From positions 448,001 to 512,000 of the forward strand of contig CAWFXA010000003.1 in the NCBI GenBank assembly GCA_963819655.1: a stretch of DNA of 64,000 nt, in the 5' to 3' direction. Positions within the stretch are counted from its first letter, which is position 1. Every line of letters begins with the position of its first letter. This DNA is from an uncultured Chloroflexia bacterium. Lineage in GTDB: Bacteria; Chloroflexota; Limnocylindria; Limnocylindrales; CSP1-4. Under the pieces are notes generated by a model. That model saw only the letters and a program-made list of their open reading frames with translations, was not told the DNA's origin and made no database searches. The position numbers and the translations under genes are program-made. Positions 59,181 through 64,000 of this stretch are shown here, piece by piece.

Positions 59181-59866
59181 GCGTCATCGACCGAAGGACG
59201 CTGACCGGCGCGACGCCGGAGGTCGCCCGGACACTGCTCGGCGTTCGGCTCGTCCGCGAGGACGACACCGGGCGCCGGGTCGGGCGACTCGTCGAGGTCG
59301 AGGCGTACGGCGGACCCGACGATCGCGCCTCGCATGCCCGTTTCGAGAGCAGACGCCGCAACCGTGTCATGGCCGGACCGGCGGGCGTCGCCTACGTGTA
59401 CCTTGTCTATGGGATGTACGACTGTCTGAACGTCGTGACGGGCACGGAGAGCGCTCCCGCGGCGGTGCTGATCCGTGCGGTCGAGCCGATGGCCGGGCTG
59501 GATCGCATGCGCGCCGGCCGACTGACGGTCGAGGCGCGCCGAAAGGCGTCGCGCACGCCTGACGGCCTCGAAGCCGCACGGGCTCGCCTGGAGCTCACGC
59601 CCGATCATCGGCTCGCGAGCGGACCCGGGCTCGTCGCGGCGGCCTTCGGCGTCGATACGAGCTGGACCGGCCTCGACCTGTGCGCGGCCGACGCCCCGTT
59701 GCGCCTCGAGCGTGACCCTGACGTTCCCGACGACACGATCGCGTCCGATGCCATCGCGGCCAGCACACGGGTCGGCGTCGCCTACGCCGGCCCCGACTGG
59801 GCGAGTCGGGCGTGGCGATTCTCGATCGCGGGCCACCGATCGGTGTCGGGCCCGCGCCCTCGCTAG
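59177..59866 (+). CDS. mpg: DNA-3-methyladenine glycosylase (AAG/MPG family)
   Basis: VEVEAY, ASHA, AYVYLVYGM, AVLIRAVEP, GPG, RVGV; start uncertain (CTG). Confidence 0.92.
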   Translation: MSVIDRRTLTGATPEVARTLLGVRLVREDDTGRRVGRLVEVEAYGGPDDRASHARFESRRRNRVMAGPAGVAYVYLVYGMYDCLNVVTGTESAPAAVLIRAVEPMAGLDRMRAGRLTVEARRKASRTPDGLEAARARLELTPDHRLASGPGLVAAAFGVDTSWTGLDLCAADAPLRLERDPDVPDDTIASDAIAASTRVGVAYAGPDWASRAWRFSIAGHRSVSGPRPR

Positions 59867-59877
59867 TCGGTCGACGA

Positions 59878-62242
59878 ATGGACGCGCGCTCCCAGGCCCT
59901 TCTCGAGTTCCCGCTCGTCCGCGACCGGCTGGCGGCGGCCACCTCGTTCCCACCGTCGCGTCGGCTGGCCGAGGCGCTCGAGCCGTCGTCGGATCCGGTC
60001 GTCGTCGCGCGCCAGCTCGACGAGACCGACCAGACGCGGGCGCTCTTGTCGGACCACCCGGGTGTGGGCGTCGGTGCGGCGCATGATATCGGCCCGTCGA
60101 TCGAACGCGCGGTCCGTGGCGGGCGGCTCGATCCGGAACAGTTCCTGGCGATCGCCGACACCCTCGATGCGACCGCGCGGCTGGCGACGTCGCTCGCCGA
60201 CGAGCGCCGGCCGTTGTTGCGCGAGCTCGGTCACGAGCTCCATCCGCTGCCGGCCGTCCGCAGCACGCTGGCGCGAAGCTTCGACCCGGTCGGGGAGCTG
60301 CTCGACACCGCATCGCCCCGGCTCGGCGGGCTGCGGGCCGCGGTCCGCGTCGCGTACGACCGCCTTCGCCGCCGCCTCGACGCGCTCGTGGGGGCGGAGC
60401 TCGGCAGTGCGCTCCAGGAGCCGATCGTCACGCTGCGCAACGGGCGATACGTCGTCCCAGTCAAGGCGGAGGCGCGATCGCGCGTCAAGGGCATCGTCCA
60501 CGACGCCTCGGGCAGCGGCCAGACGTTATTCGTGGAACCGCTCGTCGCGGTCGAGCTCGGCAATGCGTGGCGCGAGGCGCAGGTCGCCGAGCGTGAGGAG
60601 ATCGCGCGCATCCTCGACGAGCTGTCGGCGCTCATCGCGGTCAACGGGCCGAGTCTGCGTGAGACCCTCGACGCGCTCGCGCGCTTCGACCTGTGGGCCG
60701 CCAAGGCTGTCCTCGCGTCCGAGATGGACGCCACCCGCGCCGAGACCGCCGACCGGCCCGAGGTCGTGCTGCTGTCTGCACGCCACCCCGGTCTGAGCGG
60801 TCGCGTCGTCCCGATCGACGTCCGTATCGGCGACGGCTACACGGCCCTCGTCGTGACCGGCCCGAATACCGGTGGCAAGACCGTCACCCTGCGGACCCTC
60901 GGGCTCTTGAGCCTGATGCATCAGGCCGGTCTCCACATCCCCGCCGAGGCCGGCAGTCGCCTGCCCGTGTGGCGCGACGTGTTCGCGGACATCGGGGATG
61001 AGCAGTCGGTCGCGCAGTCGCTGTCGACGTTCTCGGGCCACTTGCGGCGGATCACGACGATCGTGGCCGAGGCGGGACCCGGCACCCTCGTCCTGCTCGA
61101 CGAGCTCGGCGCCGGGACCGACCCGACCGAGGGCTCGGCTCTCGCCCAGGCCCTGCTCGACCACTTCATCCGGGCGGGCGCCATCGTGGCGGCAACGACG
61201 CACTACGCCGAGCTCAAGGCGTACGCCCACACGACGCCCGGGGCACGCAACGCGGCGGTCGAGTTCGACCTCGACACGCTGTCGCCGACGTACAAGCTCA
61301 CGATCGGGCTGCCCGGTGGCAGCCAGGCGTTCGCGATCGCCGAGCGGCTCGGATCTGCCGGAATCGATCGTGGCCGACGCCCGCTCACGCCTGACCGAGA
61401 CGCAGCGCTCGTTCGAGGCGACGCTGGCCGCCATCCGCGAGACCGAGGGCGAGACGAGCGACGCGCTGGATCGCGCCCGTGCCGCCGAGGTACGCGCCGC
61501 CGATGCGTTACGGACCGCGGAGGAGGAGCGCCGGCGCGCCCGTCGCGAGCGCGACGAGCATGTGCGGACGGCGCGCGAGGAGGCCGACAAGGTCGTCGCC
61601 GACCTGCGCGCCGAGCTGGCGACCACGCGCCGTGCGCTGGAGCGCGAGACTGTCACCGCCTCGTCGCTGGATGCCGCGCTGGGCCGCGCGGAGGCTATCG
61701 CCGAGAGACTTCCAGCGAACGAGGAAGCCAGGCCAGCCCCGTTCGAGCCCGCGGAGGCGCGTGCCTGGAAGGTGGGCGATCGGGCTCGCAGCCGATCGGG
61801 CGGATGGGAGGGTCGGATCGCCGCGCTCGAGAAGGGCGGCCGCCGGGGCACGCTCGAGGCAGGCGGGATGCGCGTGACCGTCGAGGTCGACGACCTCGTG
61901 CCGGCGCTCGGGCTGCCGACCGCCGTCGGCGCGGGTGCCGGCCGCTCGAGCACCGCAGCCACATCGAACGCCGCGGCGCTGCGCATGGAGCGGGCGCGCA
62001 GCGTGGCGTCGTCTCTCGACCTACGGGGTGCCCGGGTGGAGGAGGCGCTCGAGGCGCTGGATCGCTACATCGATGACGCCGCGGTCGCGGGGCTGGGCTC
62101 GGTGACGATCATCCACGGCATGGGCACGGGCGCCCTACGTGATGCAGTCAGGGCCGCTGCCGCGGGCCATCCCTTGGTTCGCTCCGCGCGACCGGGAGAG
62201 CGCGGCGAGGGCGGCGACGGAGCGACGGTCGTCAGCCTCTGA
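59878..62242 (+). pseudogene. mutS2: MutS2 with a 1-bp frameshift at ~61353 (probably intact in vivo)
   Basis: TGPNTGGKT, SLSTFS, DELGAGTDP; coiled coil and Smr domain (LDLRG, IIHGMGTG) lie in another frame. Confidence 0.9.
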
Positions 62243-62257
62243 TCGACCCGACGCCGG

Positions 62258-64000
62258 TCAGGTCGGCTTCGGTGGTTTCGACTTGGTCGGGCCGGGTGGC
62301 AGACACGTCTCGGGGAGGGCCGGGTCGCACGACGGCGGCGGCGTCTCCACGGGTGCGATCGGGCACTTCGCGGACGGCGCGAACGGCGCACCCCACGACT
62401 TCCCGAACGGCGCGAACGAATTGTTGTAGAAGTACGAGGTCCTGGTCCCCTCGGGGCCGCCCCGACGCCCGGCGCCCTTGGCCGCCCTGGCCGCCCAGTT
62501 GCGGTTCGCCTTCTGCCAGTTCGGGAAGTTGCTCTCGACCTCGTTGAGGTTGAAGAAGCCGCGCGTCACGCGCGGACCGGCGCACCCCTCGCGCCACAGC
62601 AGCCCCGACGCCGCGTCGACGTCACGCGAGACGCGGATCGTCTCCCGCTCGGTCGGGATCGTGCCCTTGATGAACAGCTCCTTGACGGTCTTCTTCGTGA
62701 ACGGGCCGGGCTTGAGGCCGGTGAATGCGTCGACGGTGGCCGTCTGGAGCCCACCCGGGGCCTTGAAGTTGGCGATGGCCTGCTTGGAGCTGACCTCCTG
62801 CATGATCGCCGACCACAGCGGCGCCGATGAATCGAGCGACAGGCTGCCGCGGTTCGGTGCGTTGTTGCTGTTGCCCATCCAGACGCCGACCGCGAGGGCG
62901 GGCACGTTCTTGCTGGCGGGCGGCGCCAGATAGCCGTACGCGTGCACGTCGCGGTTGTCGTTGGTCGTCCCCGTCTTGTATGCGGCCGGCCGGCGCTTCC
63001 CGCCCTTGTAGACGGCGAACTCGCCCCAGTACGGGTTGATCTTGGGCTGGGTGTTGCCGGCCAGGATGTCGGTGATGATGTACGCCGCCTGCGGGCTGAT
63101 GACCTCGGTGCCCTCGAGCTTGCCGGTGCCGGTCGGCCAGACCTGCAGGCCGTTCTCGTCGACCACGTTCAAGATCAGCTGGCGCGGCATGCGAACGCCG
63201 CCGTTTGCGATCGTCGAGTAAGCCGAGAGCATGTCGATCGGGTGTGTCTCGAGCGTGCCGATGCCCATCGAGGTGACCGGGAGCGCAGTCGACGGGAAGA
63301 CAAGGCCGAAGTCCTGGCTGCGCTCGAAGGTGTGCTCGAGTCCCTGCATGATCGTGGCCTTGATGGCAGGGATATTCAGGGAGAACTGCAGCGCACTGCG
63401 GACGCGGACGGGACCGCGCTCGAGCTTGTCGGCCTGGGTCGGGGTGAAGCCACGTCCGAAGTTGGTCACGACATCCATCAGCATCGTGCTGGCCGTGATG
63501 GTCTCGTCGTCGATGCCGATGGCGTAGTCGATGGGCTTGATCGACGACCCGGGCTGGCGCCAGCCGTCGGACAGGACGTCGAATTGGGGCTGGAACTTCT
63601 TGGTCCCCTTGTGCGTGTAGCTCGCGCTGCCGACGTAGGCCAGGACCTGGCCGGTGCGGTAGTCCATGACGGCAGATGCGGCGTTGTGGATGTTGCGGCC
63701 GCGCAGGTTCAGGATCCAGCCCCGCTCACCGCGCGGGATCTTGCGCTGGCTGAGGATCTGACTGGCCTTCGACGACTGCGGCGCCCGGGCCGCGACGAAC
63801 ACCCATTTCTCGGTTGCCTTCTGCATCGTCCAGTCGAGCGTCGTCGTCACCCGGTAGCCGCCAGTGTCGACCTTCTCGCAGTCGGTCGGCGTATCCGGGC
63901 ACAGGATCGTTGCCAGCTCTTCGCGCACCTGCCACACGAAATGTGGCGCGCGCCACGAGGCGGAGACCTGCGGCTTGATGATGACCGGCGCCAGCTTGGC
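62258..64000 (-). CDS. Class A penicillin-binding protein, transpeptidase part; 5' end beyond the window
   Basis: RQPGSSIKP, SLN, KTGTTN, VGVWMGN. Confidence 0.92.
   Translation of the reverse strand, partial: AKLAPVIIKPQVSASWRAPHFVWQVREELATILCPDTPTDCEKVDTGGYRVTTTLDWTMQKATEKWVFVAARAPQSSKASQILSQRKIPRGERGWILNLRGRNIHNAASAVMDYRTGQVLAYVGSASYTHKGTKKFQPQFDVLSDGWRQPGSSIKPIDYAIGIDDETITASTMLMDVVTNFGRGFTPTQADKLERGPVRVRSALQFSLNIPAIKATIMQGLEHTFERSQDFGLVFPSTALPVTSMGIGTLETHPIDMLSAYSTIANGGVRMPRQLILNVVDENGLQVWPTGTGKLEGTEVISPQAAYIITDILAGNTQPKINPYWGEFAVYKGGKRRPAAYKTGTTNDNRDVHAYGYLAPPASKNVPALAVGVWMGNSNNAPNRGSLSLDSSAPLWSAIMQEVSSKQAIANFKAPGGLQTATVDAFTGLKPGPFTKKTVKELFIKGTIPTERETIRVSRDVDAASGLLWREGCAGPRVTRGFFNLNEVESNFPNWQKANRNWAARAAKGAGRRGGPEGTRTSYFYNNSFAPFGKSWGAPFAPSAKCPIAPVETPPPSCDPALPETCLPPGPTKSKPPKPT

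Noticed and set aside
61340-61365. Programmed ribosomal frameshift in mutS2
   Set aside because: No slippery sequence, and three similar indels occur in unrelated genes.

Overview
A very GC-rich bacterial chromosome segment. Gene content and order suggest Chloroflexota, probably Limnocylindria-like (inference only). Core blocks are: moaC-mog-Fe-S oxidoreductase; acyl-CoA dehydrogenase-etfBA; nrdR-dcd with tandem NrdR boxes; a thiol-redox/CcdA trio; cysS; a peptide-binding protein-peptidase-DUF881 x2-DUF951-MFS-asparaginase-amidohydrolase run; and tRNA-Val, T-box thrS, infC (AUC start), rpmI, rplT, pheST, cvpA, mpg, mutS2, ending in a partial class A PBP. There are two accessory zones. (1) Downstream of tRNA-Arg(CCT), ~12.4-29.4 kb: a duplicated tRNA 3' end, a translationally coupled operon (HD+cNMP protein, cNMP protein, nucleotide-transporter-like+HEAT protein), two ECF sigma/anti-sigma pairs and a GGDEF-HD-GYP protein. 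(2) A ~4.2 kb decayed element at tRNA-Val(GAC). It duplicated the 5' half of the tRNA, retains a truncated integrase and a capsid-like gene fragment, and carries small cargo genes separated by four copies of a palindromic repeat. Other notable items: a GT2 glycosyltransferase fused to a CysRS-like C-terminal domain, MITE-like inverted-repeat elements, many apparently leaderless genes, and four single-base frameshifts that may be assembly errors. All family assignments come from motif recognition by eye, not database searches.
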